Source of the DNA: Monocercomonoides exilis PA203
Taxonomy: Eukaryota > Protista > Preaxostyla
Assembly (NCBI GenBank): GCA_001643675.2
Contig: LSRY02000001.1
Coordinates: forward strand, 1-64,000
Direction of reading: 5' to 3'
Length of the DNA stretch: 64,000 nt
The position numbers were made by a program, and so were the translations under genes. Of the stretch, positions 12,801 to 26,129 are shown in pieces (positions within the stretch are counted from its first letter, which is position 1; the number at the start of each line of letters is the position of its first letter). The notes under the pieces are model-generated. The model searched no databases. It had not been told where the DNA came from and saw nothing but the letters and a program-made list of their open reading frames with translations.

Positions 12801-14864
12801 AGCCACAGATGAAAGGCACATAGGGCCAATTTCCACCGAATCGAACAGCACATGCCCTGCAGCCACAGTTATGACGGATGCAGCGAATGGTGCATCGGGC
12901 AGTGTTTCTGCTGCAGTGATTGTGCAGTGGTCGACTTCGAGGCATCCCTGCATGTCTGTCAGGTGGAACAGGTGGGAGTGCAGCGAGGCGCTTGCATTCC
13001 TGCGGAATGCGAGGGAGCTGAAAGTGGCACTGCCAGTTGTGATTTGCACGAGGGCTGTGCTGTCTGTGGCATCAGCACTCAGCACTGTTTTGTCAGCGCC
13101 AGCGCCGCTGAAGGATATGGTGAGTGTGCACACATTGATCCTTGTTTCGTGGCACACACACTCCTCGACTGCAACAGCCTTTGTTTGGAGCAGCGGGTTG
13201 GCCACGCCCACTGCATATCCCACGGTTCTGCATCTTCTGCCTTGGATGTCTCCTGCATCAGCCGATCCGCATGCTTGGTGGTCGATGCCGCTGGCACTGT
13301 TGACGAGGATAGGATCGAAGAAAGTGTTTGGAATCCAGGAGCTGCATTCTTGCATCCCCTTCACAACCCTGTTTGTGGAGCCAGCTGTTGTCGAGCGGCA
13401 GAGCACAAAGCACTCATCATTGATGTTTGTCCAACCGCTGTCGATATACACATCGTGACCCATTTTTGCAGCAGAATTGTTTTCAAAGAAGCAATAATAA
13501 ATAAATGAAGTTCGAACACCACCTGAATCATCCCAGCTGATTCCTCCTCCATGGTTGTCACTCGAACAGTTTCTGAAACAGCAATCTTTAACAATTGCCC
13601 ATGAATTTTCATAAAAACCTAAACAACCTCCGTGATATATTCGAGATTGTTTAGTGCAATTCAAAAAGACGATTGATTCAATAGAGCATTGTGCATTGCT
13701 ATTGTTGTATGAAGTCATACTTGAACCAACGTGTTGTGTTGTGCATGATGAAATATTACAATTTTTGATTATAAATGAATTCATATAATATAAATCTGCA
13801 ACACCACTCGAATGACCAGAGTTGCAAAGCGAAAATGATGTATTTGTAATAATTGTGTTTTTTCCTCCTGTTCTGAAGGAAACAGCGCCTCCACAATACG
13901 AAGAATTGCAGTTATTGAACATGCAATGTGAGATACTCAGTACTCCCGAAGAAGTGAAGCGAATTGCTCCACCATAATCACTTGCCAACGTAGAAAAGTG
14001 GCAATCAACGAACGTTGCATCACCTGTTGAAATGTTCTGTCTTAACATTGAATGATCTCCAATCACTGGCTGGGCATTATGGTGTCTGTGGCAGTTCTCA
14101 AAGGAAGTGTTTGCTGATGAGTGAGTGAAAGATTTGGAGTTCAGTGCATGGAACAAGCCTCCGTTGTATGGGGATTCGACACATTTCACGGAGCATCCAG
14201 ACATCACTGTTCTGATTTCGCGGGTGGGGATATCGAGGGGCTCATTCATGTTTGTGGTGTGGGTGATGTTTGTGAAGCATGAATGCAGCAGCTCAACATC
14301 GGATATGCCAGATGTGGCGACAAACGGAGAGCCAGCACAGACGCAGCAGGAGTCGAAGAGGGATGAGGATATTGAGACTCTGCAGCTCGCTGAGCTGGCA
14401 GGATGGTCAGCACCGCTGGCAATGGATGAAACAGGGGCAGCTGGGTTAGAGACTGCCAGCGAGATGTTGAACAGCCACAGGGATGCACATTGCAGCTGGG
14501 CAACATGGTGGGTTGATTTGGCGGTGTATGAGAGAGTGCAAGATGTGAATGTGGCATTGCTGCTGGTGATGGCAAGGCAGGCGTGTGGTGCACAGCATGC
14601 AAGGGATGTGTCAGACAGCAGGAAAGAGGTGTTGGCCATTGTTGCACAGTGGCGGCTGAGCAGCTGAGTTTGTTTTGGCGCACTCAACAAACCCTTGAAA
14701 AGGCATTGCTGTTTGTTGTTGGATGTGCCAATGGACTTGTTATTGAAAGGCAAGTGTGCTTTGCATGGTGAATGTTCCGAGCAGTTGGCAGCGCCATTTG
14801 ATTCGCATGCAATGAAGCACAAAAACAAGAAAGTCAAATGGCACTTCATGGATGCTTTCAGCAT
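6750..14864 (-). CDS. Giant type-I membrane protein: signal peptide, Cys-rich right-handed beta-helix/pectin-lyase-like (GGAI/GGGL) repeats, single TM, cytoplasmic TKL-like pseudokinase; frameshifts at ~7623 and ~7122
   Basis: 2430-aa ORF 7572-14864 with hydrophobic N-terminus, repeated GGAI/GGAV/GGGM motifs and TM at ~8035-8110. The kinase-like tail continues in ORFs 7091-7885 and 6750-7175. Confidence 0.88.
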
Positions 14865-15399
14865 GGTGACATATAATTTTTTTTTTGAATTTGATTTGTC
14901 AGAAAGTCCAAATTATGAGTTTTGTTTTTCTTTGAATGGGTCTTCGAGATAATGTCTTGGCAAATTTTATGTGCTTTTTAACTTTTGTTAATTGCTGTTC
15001 TTTTACTTCGATGAACAACGAAAATTGCGTGATTGTTGCAATCATAACGAATTTTTATGATTTGAGCAATTGTGATGATTGTGAATCTCAATAATTTAAT
15101 TTTCATGAAAAATGTTTGATCTCATCCAGCTTCGTAATTATCTTTCTCTTTCTTTTCAAACACAAAATCAAACAAATATCAAAAAAGTTGGCATTGATGT
15201 TGTTATAATTCTCACTTTGTCTTTCTCTATCTGAATAATATTTCTGCAAAATGAAAGTCAATCCGAACTCTCAATTTTGCACCAAAAACAAGGAAAAGTC
15301 ATTAACGTTTCAGATTGAAACAATTCATAAATTTTTCGTTATAGGAAAGTCTTTTAAAGAAGTAAATAAATTTTGAAAAAGTTATTAATTTTCGAATTA

Positions 15400-17217
15400 A
15401 AAGTCTATGATCAAAAGAACTTTATTGCAAGATCTGAAGAGGAAAAAATAGTCAAATAATATTTCAATCAAATACGATCTTCCATGATAAAGAAGAAACG
15501 AGGAATTGGTTTTTCGAATGTTTTCAAGAATTGGATGTTAAGGATTGCCCAAAACGCAGAAACAAAAGGAGAATAAGGGAGGAAACAAAAGGATACAAAT
15601 ATTTTTCATGTCAAACTTTCAGAAGAAAAACCTCAATATATAAGAATTCCATTTTTTCCGAAAATGAAACATCCAATTAATATTGTCATGCAGATACTAT
15701 TATATTGTTGTATTGAAATTGGACTGAAACAGATTTATTTGCCGATAGATATTTCTTATCCATCAATATGGGTGATTATTTTTTGAGATCATAACTTTTT
15801 TCGGGTTGTTGATTTTTTATCGGTTTTTTGTCACTGAGAAAAGATTTTGTATTAGAATGCTGAATTCTTCACAACTGTATCATTGACAAACGTTTTTGCT
15901 CAAATAAAGATGATGATGTCATTTATATGCCTTTTCATTTTCCAGTGTTCTTTTTTGGATGTTCAAGTGAAATATTCGAACCGAAAAATATGAAAGAAAA
16001 AATATGATTTCAAAAATAATCACTCATATGTTATTGGGCAAGCGTTGTTCAAGTTGTTTGCATACAAATATGAATTGAAATGATGCAAAAGTAGGAGGAT
16101 CTTGAAAATTCTTCGAAATAGACGAGGACGTTTGGAGGAGATTGAAATATGGAAGAGGAAGAAAGAAGGATTAGCTGTGGATTTTCGGATAAGTTGAGAT
16201 GAAGGAAGGAGGAGGAGCTGGAACAAATCTTGTTTTCATTGTGTCAAAAAGGAAGGATGAGACATTTGTTCCGATCATTCAAGATTGAATATTAGGAGAA
16301 ACAACAATTATGAGTGATGAATAGAAAAGGTGCAATTGTTTAAAAGAAATAGGATACGATCGGCATAATGATACTATATGGTATTCACTGAAATAGAATA
16401 AAATTTATATGGCATGATTTCATTTATTACATAACTGTTTTTTTTGTTGACGATTTTGCACGGAAACGTTTTCTCAAGAAATCGAAATAATTAGAAAAAT
16501 CTTGTTTTATAAATTATTAATGGGATAAGATCAAAAAATGATAATTGTTTAAAAAATCATTAAACCGAGATCCTGTTGTGCAAAAGATAAAAAAACGTTT
16601 ATTATGATTGAGATGTTTATTTAGGAGATGGAGATGGTGAAAATTGCTTCGGAATTCATCTCTTTGATGTAATTAGAATTATTAAAAAAAAGAAATGATT
16701 TATTTTTTATTTTTGTCAATAACACATTTCCGCAAACTTTTATCATACAGCACATGCTTAAAACAACATATATAATCAGAGTATAGTGTTATTAGTGAAA
16801 TTTGTAAAATGCTATATTGTACTTTTATGCCGATATGATCATATTACAGTCTGTAATAAAATAAACTTCAAAGACACTGAAACAGGTGCATGTTCCAATA
16901 CTGTTGAAGGTTTGTGGAGTCATTAAAGAGGATTTTTCCAAAGCATGGTGTTGGAAAATCGTTTACTGCAGATAACTTGTTTATGTGGCTTGTTAAAAGA
17001 TATTTGGACCCAAGTTTTGTTTCAAAATTGAAAATGATATTTCGTTTTATTCAAAAAAAAATTTCCCATTGTTGTTTATAAAGAAATTATCAAAGAAAAA
17101 AATGATGATAATGGTGATGCTGACGATATCCAGCATAATCCGGACCATGATGAAATTGAACAAGTTTGAATATATACAGAAGAAGGAGAAAATGCATGGA
17201 ATGATTCAGATGATTAA
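15400..17217 (+). pseudogene. Decayed Merlin / IS1595-family (ISXO2-like DDE) transposase, interrupted by a MITE
   Basis: Hand translation gives KVGGS*KFFEIDEDVWRRLKYGRGRKKD*LWIFG*VE (~16090-16200) and TFVPIIQD*ILGETTIMSDE*KRCNCLKEIGYD, then after the insertion HITVCNKINFKDTETGACSNTVEGLWSH. These are the canonical EIDE, W-FG, SD and H-TV...TG--N--EG-W motifs. Cys-containing N-terminal remnant at ~15540-15720 and an acidic tail. Outer limits are approximate. Confidence 0.85.
16362..16831. mobile_element. 470-bp non-autonomous Merlin-type MITE with GGCATAA termini and 9-bp TSD
   Basis: Left end GGCATAATGATACTATATGGTATT, right end (reverse complement) GGCATAAAAGTACAATATAGCATT. Flanks gatacgatc (16353-61) and gatatgatc (16832-40). 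Removing it restores GYDHITV in frame. Confidence 0.85.
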
Positions 17218-17417
17218 TAAGAAATATTCGGTTGATCTGTTTTAATGAAAATCAATTTTTTCATTGCTTTTTTAACATTTTCTGACAAATTTTTTCTCAA
17301 CACAATAGCTTAGTAATATCAAATAAATCATTAGAAACAAAAACAGTCTCGGGGGGAAAAAATCGAAACATCTCATTTTCTTAAAAAATCTATTAAATAA
17401 TTGGAAAAATTCAATGA

Positions 17418-18791
17418 TTATCCACGGACATATTTTCTATTTATATAATCAAATATTCCATGAAAGCTTGTGATAGTATCTTCGAACCCTTCTTTTTCCA
17501 TCTTTTCAAACACTTTCCTTTTCAACTCTTGTCTTTTTGCTTCTTCCATTTCTTCTCTCTTCTTTTCTTTTAAGCTTTTGGTGATTCTTTCCAAAAACAA
17601 TAAGTATTTTCGTATTTGGGAGTTTTCAACATTTGATTGATGAAACTCCTTCAAGCAGAAATCAACAACCCCGTTTTTCACCAGATCACCTGCATCAACA
17701 TCTTCCTTTTCTGTCATTTGCATCAAAACATTAAAGCACAATTGTTGAACATCTCTTTGATTTTTTGCAATTGAGCTGCACATCCTCACAACACGTGCAA
17801 TAAACTGCACGTTCTTCGCTTCATAATGAGGGTCCAAGCTGAAATAATGATATGTAGTAGTGAGCCATCGTTTGAAAATGCACATTTCGTTCATTCCTCC
17901 TGTTTTCTCTTCAACGTTCTTCCTCTCCACAACCCTTTCAAGTTCTTCTAATTCTTTCGTTGCTTCATTCACAAAATCTAAGTTTCTTGCGGTGTTGATA
18001 AACAATTTTCTATTATCAATTCCAAATGTGAAAATGAGCCAAGTAGATTGGTAGGCAAGCAACGTGAGGTTGTGGTGCTCTTGATGGAACTGGATAATTC
18101 GAGTAATCTCTATCCAATACAACTTATTATTGATTTTCTTTTTTGACAAAAAATATCAAAGAAAAGAAAAGAAAAGAAAAGAAAAAGAAAAAAAAACTTG
18201 CTATAGTTCACAAAAAACATTTCACAAACCACATGACAGAAAATGTTGCTCAAAGCAAGCAAAGCCATTTCAGCTTCTTTCTGTGCTTCTTTCCCCTTCC
18301 CTTCTCTTGCTGCAACATCCAACAGGCAGTGAATGCAGATTGAAAGCAATTCTTTTGGAACACAATTGTCCACAAAATGAAGCAGAAGATAGCTTTCGCA
18401 GAGATCAGCCAACAATTTTTCATTTTTCCTTTTCCTTCTCATTCCTTCGTTATAAATCATCTCCTCAATTCTCTGGAACAGCAAAGACCTACTAAAACTG
18501 GAAGTCCACAAATCTTTCATCACATTACAACATCCAATATTCTTCAGCAACAATACTGCAGCCTTTGTGGGCAATTTCCTATTTCCCATCAATTTGTCTA
18601 TTTTATCAAATGTTTCTTTTGTCAAAACTGAATCCAGTTCCTTCCATTCCATTTCCCCAATTAATGCATTCATTTCGAGGATTTTTTGTATCTGTTTGCC
18701 ATCACCACAACGCTCAAGCTCAGATAGTGTTTCTTTCAAAAGAAAAGGAAAGAAACTTATGTGCAATAAAATTCTTTCTTTTAAAAAACAT
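17418..18791 (-). CDS. Member of a lineage-specific expanded alpha-helical protein family of unknown function; probable intron 18138-18229; start uncertain
   Basis: ORFs 18110-18766 and 17418-18149 join through a phase-0 GTTTGT...AAG intron with a polypyrimidine tract. Motifs EMALLALSNI and HQEHHNLTLLAYQSTW resemble a family I recall from oxymonads. Confidence 0.6.
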
Positions 18792-18935
18792 GCCTAAATA
18801 TCTATTCTCACAAGTTTCGATCTTCATTGCAATCAATTCAATTCAACAATATATAGGGTTATTATTTTATCTTGACCCTTTTTCTTTATTCTGACCCAAA
18901 AAAATGAAGTGTGAAAAGTTCAAAAAATAACTTCA

Positions 18936-20522
18936 TTAAAAGAAAACAAAATCAGAATTAATTCTTCTGATTACTTTCCTTTTTCCTTCACCTCGATTTA
19001 ATGCATTATCTTTCTTTTCTTCATCAGAATCATCGTTTTTCACATGAAGAAATCTTCTTTTTATTTTTTTCTTTTCATCCACAACAGTCTTCACTTCATC
19101 TTTCTCCTTTTCATCCATTTCATTTTTCCTTTCAATATTCATTTTCAAATGATTTTCCCATTTCTCTAAAAGAATTTCGTCGGTTATCACTTTTCCATAA
19201 AAGTTGAATCTATTTCTTCGTAATGGAAAAGGGTAAATAAATGAATCGGGCAGTTTCAAAAGAACTGGCCCAGAAGTATTGTGCAGAACACCACTGCAAA
19301 CGAAAGCTTTCTGAATTACAAAAGGTGATAGTGCAGTGTGGATAGCTTGAGGAAAAATGTTTACAATTGCTGCTCGTTTGGAGGAAGATGAAGAAGAAGA
19401 TGGAGCCTCAAATCTGTTTGTCAGTTCAGATTTGAAAACAGCAAACACTCCTCTGTCCAGTGGTTGACAGAGGTGTGTGCTGTGTGGAACGAAGGTTAAA
19501 ACGTCGACTTGTTGTTTTTGGAATTCTCACCAGATCGATGGATCTGCGCGAGATGCACGCGAATCAAGAAGGAGAAGAATGTGTCCATTTTCAAGTGACA
19601 TGCGCTTTCTTCTTTCGATGATGGAAGGAAGAAGAATGGTGAGAGCATACCTTTCAAAGCACTCGTTATCCATCCAGCCGCTTCCATTTGCCCATATCTC
19701 AAGCGTAGGAGATAATAGGCTTTTCAGCTCATCTGGCAGCTTTGCACTTGGTCATAGAATAATAGAAGGAAAGGCATATCCGTCCGCTGCAACAGCTGAC
19801 ATGAATGAATAATTGATCATTCTTGGAGGTTTTTTCGTTAAACCTGCTTTCGTATCTGCTGCATGCACAAAAAGCTGTTTTGAATCTGTAGGAACGAGTG
19901 TTGAAGATTCGTCGATATTAATAAATTAAGCTGGATTGAAACAATATTTCTCATGAAGCTCGTCGAGTGTTTTGTACCAGGGTTTCAAAACACTTCTGCA
20001 CGAAACATCCAGTCTGTTAATGTCCAAATTCTTCGGAGTTCCAGTCTTCAGCTCCGGATGACGCTTGACAAAGCCATATGTGGCAGACATTGAAACTTCG
20101 TGAAATGGTGCGTCTTCATCGTCATTGTCGTTTATAACATTTTCTATCTGAAAAGCAAATAATAAAAACATAAAAATAAAGCAAACCAATTCTCTTGTTT
20201 TTTTTAACGTTAAACATGTTCCAGACTTTGCTTCAATATGAATAATATCTAAAACTCTTTGTTCATTTTCGCCCACTACTGCTGCAGGTCTGCCAACTTT
20301 TCCAACCAGCCTTCCTTTTCTCATCGATCCAACTGTGTTCTTTTTTCCAGTGCGACTAAATTCCTTAGAATTGATAGCATCAGTTATACGAACAACTCCA
20401 TCAACAACGATGTGAGCCATTCGCTCCAGCCGACTGTTGTATTTTCTATGCTTGCGCGAAGACATTGCTCTTTGCAGTTTTTTCTGCCCTTCTTTTAATT
20501 TTATTTCTGTTGATATTTTCAT
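18936..20522 (-). pseudogene. pogo/Fot-like (DDE_1, DD35D) transposase pseudogene with a 39-nt intron (20148-20186)
   Basis: NIDESS ... LLLLDSRASR ... THLCQPLDRGVF with 35 residues between the last two Asp. N-terminal GRP motif. In-frame stops, e.g. at 19926. Confidence 0.88.
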
Positions 20523-20679
20523 TTTTTTTATAATATTTTTAAGATCATAATAATTTTTTATTTTTTGAATTGAAATGAAATGAAAATAAAAAACGATACA
20601 TAACATTTTTAACAAACTGAAGGTTTTATTCCATGTTTAACCCTCCAATTCCACACAGAAGTTCAATGAAGGGGTTAAA

Positions 20680-20711
20680 CCCCCCCATCTCCCCCCCCCC
20701 CCCCCCCCCCC
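20680..20711 (-). repeat. Poly-C/poly-G tract (C7-ATCT-C21), potential G-quadruplex on the minus strand
   Basis: Direct reading; strongly atypical for the AT-rich context. Confidence 0.7.
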
Positions 20712-22298
20712 AGCGAAATTGGGTTTGTTTCAAAATGTATTTATTTTTATCAATTGAATTCATATATATACTTAAAAATCTTTTCAAATATGAAATTGTG
20801 GGAAAAGATACTGATAAAACTATAAAAAAGGTCTTGATAAAAAAATGTCAAAATACAATCATAACACTATTTAACTTCCTTCTTAAAAAATTGTGAGAGC
20901 ACCACATCATGGGTCATTCACTCAGCTGAACAAATGGTAAATTGTGAAATGATACGCAAAGGTGTGAGTGAGAATATTTTAAAAGAATTGATAATTGGCA
21001 AATTGAAAATTTTTCCAAAAGTTGAAAAAACATACGTTTGAAAAACAGAAAAGAGATTAGCAATCAAATTATATATTTTTATTATATTCCAAATTAAGAG
21101 ACGATCCTATAATAATTAAACGTTTATATCATTGTTATTCTGCACCAACGAATTTTAAAGGAGATGAGCATTTATAATTGATGAGTGAGAGAGAGAAAAA
21201 AGTGAAATAAATTATTTCTTTATAATAAAAACCCTTGTGAATTTATAAATCGAAAAAAATAAATTGGTTGTCCAGACACTAATCTTGTATGAGTACAGCA
21301 AAATGAAACTTCAATATTCCTCAAGGATGTGTGAAATTTGTCCTTTCCGAATCAACCATTATTGAAGCCGCAAAATCAATTTATCCAGTTTTTAAAAATC
21401 AAGAAGGATGCATATGTTGAAGAATTCGAGAATGAGTGTGAGAAAAAATGGGCTTCAAAAGATTTTTTTGCTTAAAGAAATATAATTGTGTTTTTTTCAA
21501 AACCTAATTAAACATTCTCAGATTACAAATTAAATTGGATATCAAATCTGTTCACGAACACAATTGATACAATAATATTATGTTTTGTGGCCTCAAACAT
21601 ATTTCAATAGCAGAACCAATTTTTAAAATAGATTTTGTTTACAATAAGTTAATTATAAGCAAATAATTTTTGAATTAAAATGACTGAAGATAAATATTTT
21701 GCCCTACACAAAAAACTTTGAGTTAGAAGTGTGCATTGAAAATGGATATCGAACAGTAAAGTCTGACAAAGAAAAAATAATATCCTCCTGCCTTTATTAC
21801 TTTTGTTCCACAACAACAAACAAATCAATGAAAGCTGAAGAGTTGATGAGAGTTGGAGTTGATGCTGATATTTTGGAGCAGATTTTGCAAACTGCAAATT
21901 GATATTTCAATGACTTCAAATTCATAAATTATCTTTTGGAGAATTTCAAGTAATGAAAAGAAAAAGAAAAAGATGAATTGAAAGATGAGAAAAAAAACGG
22001 TTGAGATTATTGGGTTTGCAATTTCTAATTATCGAAATTACTTTTTTTCAGAGCAATTCATTATGCAGTTTCAAATTAAAAGAATTAGGACTACTTGTAT
22101 AAAGTTTATATCGTCATTCAATCTTCAAAAAAAACATGAAGCATTCACTTCCGACAATAGTAAACGAGGAAATTGATAAATCATTTTGAATTTCTTGTGA
22201 CTTTTTTTTCATAAATGGATTTAGCAACAATAAACATTTCACAATAACAAAATATCAATTTCCCCTATTTGAAAAACTGCAAAATAAAATTCATTCAA

Positions 22299-25200
22299 GG
22301 CATAGGTGTAAATTGTGCCACTTTCATTTTGAATTTTTTCAAAATTTGAATATTTAATCGTTTATCTACACAATATAACTAAGCGATTCAAGGAGGGAAA
22401 TTTCGAAATTCGATCAAAAAAATTTCTCTCAAAAATTTTAATTTTCGGCACCTATAATTTTATATTTTTGATCACATTTTATTAAAATATCAATATCTTG
22501 GTTTGCAAAGATCAAATAAATTTGTCGATTCAATGGAACAAGAAGAAATATAGCGTTTAATGTTTGTTACGAAGAATTATTGTCAATATTATTTTGTATG
22601 CTGCTAATATTTATGGATTCAATAAATACCGGATTCTTAAGTTTTTTTAAAAATAAAGCAAAATACTACAATAACACCTTCTAAGCAACAATGGAAGAAA
22701 ACATATGCAACGTGTGATAAATATTTTTTATTGTTTATTAAATTTTTTTAATGCTATTTTTTTCCCCTTTTAAATTGAAATGCATATGAAAGGTTCGTGA
22801 CAGTGAAGATCGATTGCTAACTGCATTTTTTTTGATTGAGTTCTGGATGGAGGAAGATGAGAAGAGAAGAATGCTGAGAGTGAGGTTGAATGGGCAATGG
22901 AAGAGCGGGTGAAAACAACATTTAATTTTTTCTTTATTTGGAATTGGGTTTGAAAGGCGAAGGCGTGGTGTGGTGTGGTGCTTGGAGTGGATGATGCTGG
23001 GGTGAGAGGTATTTGGAGAGAGGCAAACAGGGGACGAGGGGAGTGAAGGGAAATGAAGATTTGTGGAGGTATTTTATTCTTGTTTCTTTATTTTCTTCAT
23101 ATATTATTTTTTATTTTTATTTGTATATTTTTGATTTGATTGATGTGTGATGCGATCAGGTGTTGTCAGAAGCGCTGGGGGAGCATGAAACATGGGATGT
23201 GGAAACACTCCTTTTTTATGAGCATTCCTAAAAGAAATTTGGAGAAATGGGCAACTGAAGAGCGTTTGGCAGATTGAGCAAGACGGAAAAAACTGAAGAG
23301 AATGAGGAAAGATATTTTTGTGGAATTTTTTTTTGCAAAAATTTTTTCGGAAGCAGCAGCAGAAGAGGCAGAAAAAAGTGAATTCAAGCTTGTTTGGATA
23401 TTTTACGATATAGCACAAAGAATCATGCGGCAAATAAGTGAAGGGAAAGGAAGAATTTCTGTGAATGAATTTCATTTCTCCTCTATTTACCGATTTATCT
23501 CTTCACCTTTTATCCCTTTTGTATCCCTCTAACATCTGACGTTTTTCAACATCATTACAGCAAATGAGGCATGCTCACCTTCAACCGCAATGTCAACCCA
23601 AACCTCATGTATGGTATACAGCTGCTCATTTACTTCTGTTTGCAATATGTATGATGGAGGGATTGTCCCTTCCCTCGACAACCCCTAAGCCTCTTTGACA
23701 GCTTCAAAGACCATGTTTATAAGGTGTTGTCGTACAAGAAATGTGAAATGTGAAGGAACTGCAAATAAAAAATATAAGCCAGGGAGACAAAACGAAACAG
23801 ACAATGGACCGAATACATTCACGTGGTGTCAATGGAATGGATCAAATACAACAGGAGAAGTTGACTCAAATACAGACGGAATATCGAGTGGAGGTGCGAT
23901 TTGCATGTCCAATCTCAATTTCGGAAAACTTTCAGTGAAATATTGTTCATTCAATGACTGCAATGCACATTGGGACGGTGGAACAATTATACGTTATTCG
24001 ATTAATTCAGTCAAGATTGAAAACAGCTCATTCAGTTTATGCAAAGCAAAATATTCAACAGGAGGGGGAATGTATATCAGATCAATTTTGAAATGCTTCA
24101 TGATGAGCAATTGTGAATTCTCAAAATGCAAATAAAGAAACGGAGGAGGAGCAATATTACTTTTTGATTTCAATGAGTCAAAATCTAATTGTGCAGCAAC
24201 GGAAAGTGGTACTGTGGAGAGCGCTTGTGTGTTTGAGTGTTTTTTCACTTCGAGTTCTCTTACAGGTTCACATGGTGGAGGGATGTGTTGTGCAACAGTT
24301 CCAGCTGCATTCAAAATGCTGAGCATCCAATTTATTTCGTGCTTGGAAGTGTCACATGGAGGAGGAATGAGATTTGATCCATATCAATCAACAGCCCCAA
24401 ATTACAATCGTAATTTTTATATCTTCTTCTTCTACGATTGCAGATGCACAACCAATTCCACTCCATATGGCCATGACGTGTATTTTAATGATGGAAACAA
24501 TCTCTTCTCTTCGAATAACCCATTCTTTGAATCATACACAACGAATAGCGATGCAAATAGATTATGCGATGCTTATTATTCGAGAGGTTGGAAATATCAG
24601 CATACAGAAAAGAAGGATTGGTTGAAGGAAGAGATGAAGGATCGGTATGTTGGAGTGAATGGAAACGACTCGAATAATCTGCGTGGGATGAGTGAGGCAA
24701 CACCTTGCAAGACAGTGGGGCATGCAGTGGTGTCGAGCATGGCACAGCTGAGCTCGACAATCACGTTGCTGAGTGGGAAGCATGTGAGCGAAGGGGCGAC
24801 GATCAGTGTTGGGGAAAAGAAGATAATAATAACAGGGAGAGGGAAGACGGTGAGTGTGATTGGGACAAGTGCGCTTTCTACCTCTTCGACAGCGCTGTTC
24901 AGCGTATCTTCTGGTCAACTGGAGGTGGGGCATGTGGGGATCGATCACAACTCGATGAGAAGTCCATCGCCGAGTGTGTTTGTGGTGTCTGTGGGGAGCG
25001 GGACACTTTCGCTGGAGGATGTGGTGATCGACTCTTCGACATCAGGAGGGAGTGGAATCTCGTCATCTGTATTTGAAGTGACGCTGAGTCAGCTGAAGAT
25101 GATTGATGTGGAGATAAAAAAGGTCAATTTATTTGCATCTCCTCAAAGATTGAGTTGCCAACTTAAAGGGAACCGTAGTCAATACCTGATCCTGGAAAAA

Positions 25201-26129
25201 GCTGTTGCTAAAACGAAAAGTGCTTTTTTTTTATTAATATTCTTTGCTTATTTATTGAACTTTTCATTTCCATTTTTCTAAAAAAGAATACTTTTAAAAT
25301 AACGAAATGTTAGAATTAATGTTTTCATTCAAAACGAACTTTCACCAATTCGTAACTAGATCCGAAACAAAAACATCACAAAACAATTTTCTGTGAATTT
25401 TCGAAGACAGTTCCATCCCCTCTGTTCATAGCATAATTCTTACGATCCATTTCCTTCACTTTCCTTCTCTCGTTCAAACAAGCTTCATCCTCTATGTTCT
25501 CCATCTCCCTCTTCTTTTCTCACCTTTCCAAAAAGACAACTGCTCCTCAATCTCACTTAACAAACACATCTGCTCCAATCCAGCTTTTCCTTCCTCCTTT
25601 CAAAAATGGAATTTCATACCAGTTCCAACGAATCCGTTACAAAAAGAGTTTATAAATCAATAATAATTAAATACCTATAATAATCTCATAATAAACATTA
25701 ATTATCATCAATCAAACATGCAAATTCCTATCAATTTAGTTTTCATCTTCTATTTATCAAAAGCGAAAACATATATAACGCTAATACTTGTGAATAACTA
25801 AATAATCGAATCCATAAATATTAGCAGCATACAAAATAATATTGACAATAATTCTTCGTAACAAACATTAAACGCTATATTTCTTCTTGTTCCATTGAAT
25901 CGACAAATTTATTTGATCTTTGCAAACCAAGATATTGATATTTTAATAAAATGTGATCAAAAATATAAAATTATAGGTGCCGAAAATTAAAATTTTTGAG
26001 AGAAATTTTTTTGATCGAATTTCGAAATTTCCCTCCTTGAATCGCTTAGTTATATTGTGTAGATAAACGATTAAATATTCAAATTTTGAAAAAATTCAAA
26101 ATGAAAGTGGCACAATTTACACCTATGCC
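22299..26129. mobile_element. Non-autonomous TIR element (Pack-Merlin-like no. 1) with 322-bp TIRs carrying host gene fragments
   Basis: 22299-22620 is the reverse complement of 25808-26129. Termini GGCATAGGTGTA...TACACCTATGCC. No transposase inside and no clean TSD (tcattcaa vs ttatattc). Confidence 0.85.
23560..25121 (+). pseudogene. Captured internal fragment of a surface-receptor family gene (N-terminal beta-helix region)
   Basis: Motifs YDGGIVPSL, GGAICM, GHDVYF and PCKTVGHAV match YNGGLFHAL, GGAIRF, GHDVYI and RCRTVGYAV in the 14864 gene. In-frame stops at ~23686 and 24133; truncated at both ends. Confidence 0.85.

Noticed and set aside
8731-14667. Long plus-strand ORFs (454, 376, 274 aa and others) opposite the receptor gene
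   Set aside because: Antisense shadows of a GC-rich, codon-biased CDS with no independent motifs.
15190-15202. ggcattgatgttg as the left TIR of the Merlin pseudogene
   Set aside because: Partial match only, and no convincing right-hand partner found.
20900-22200. Coding-like decayed stretch (also 27100-27450 and 28260-28940)
   Set aside because: No family could be assigned by eye; needs a translated search.
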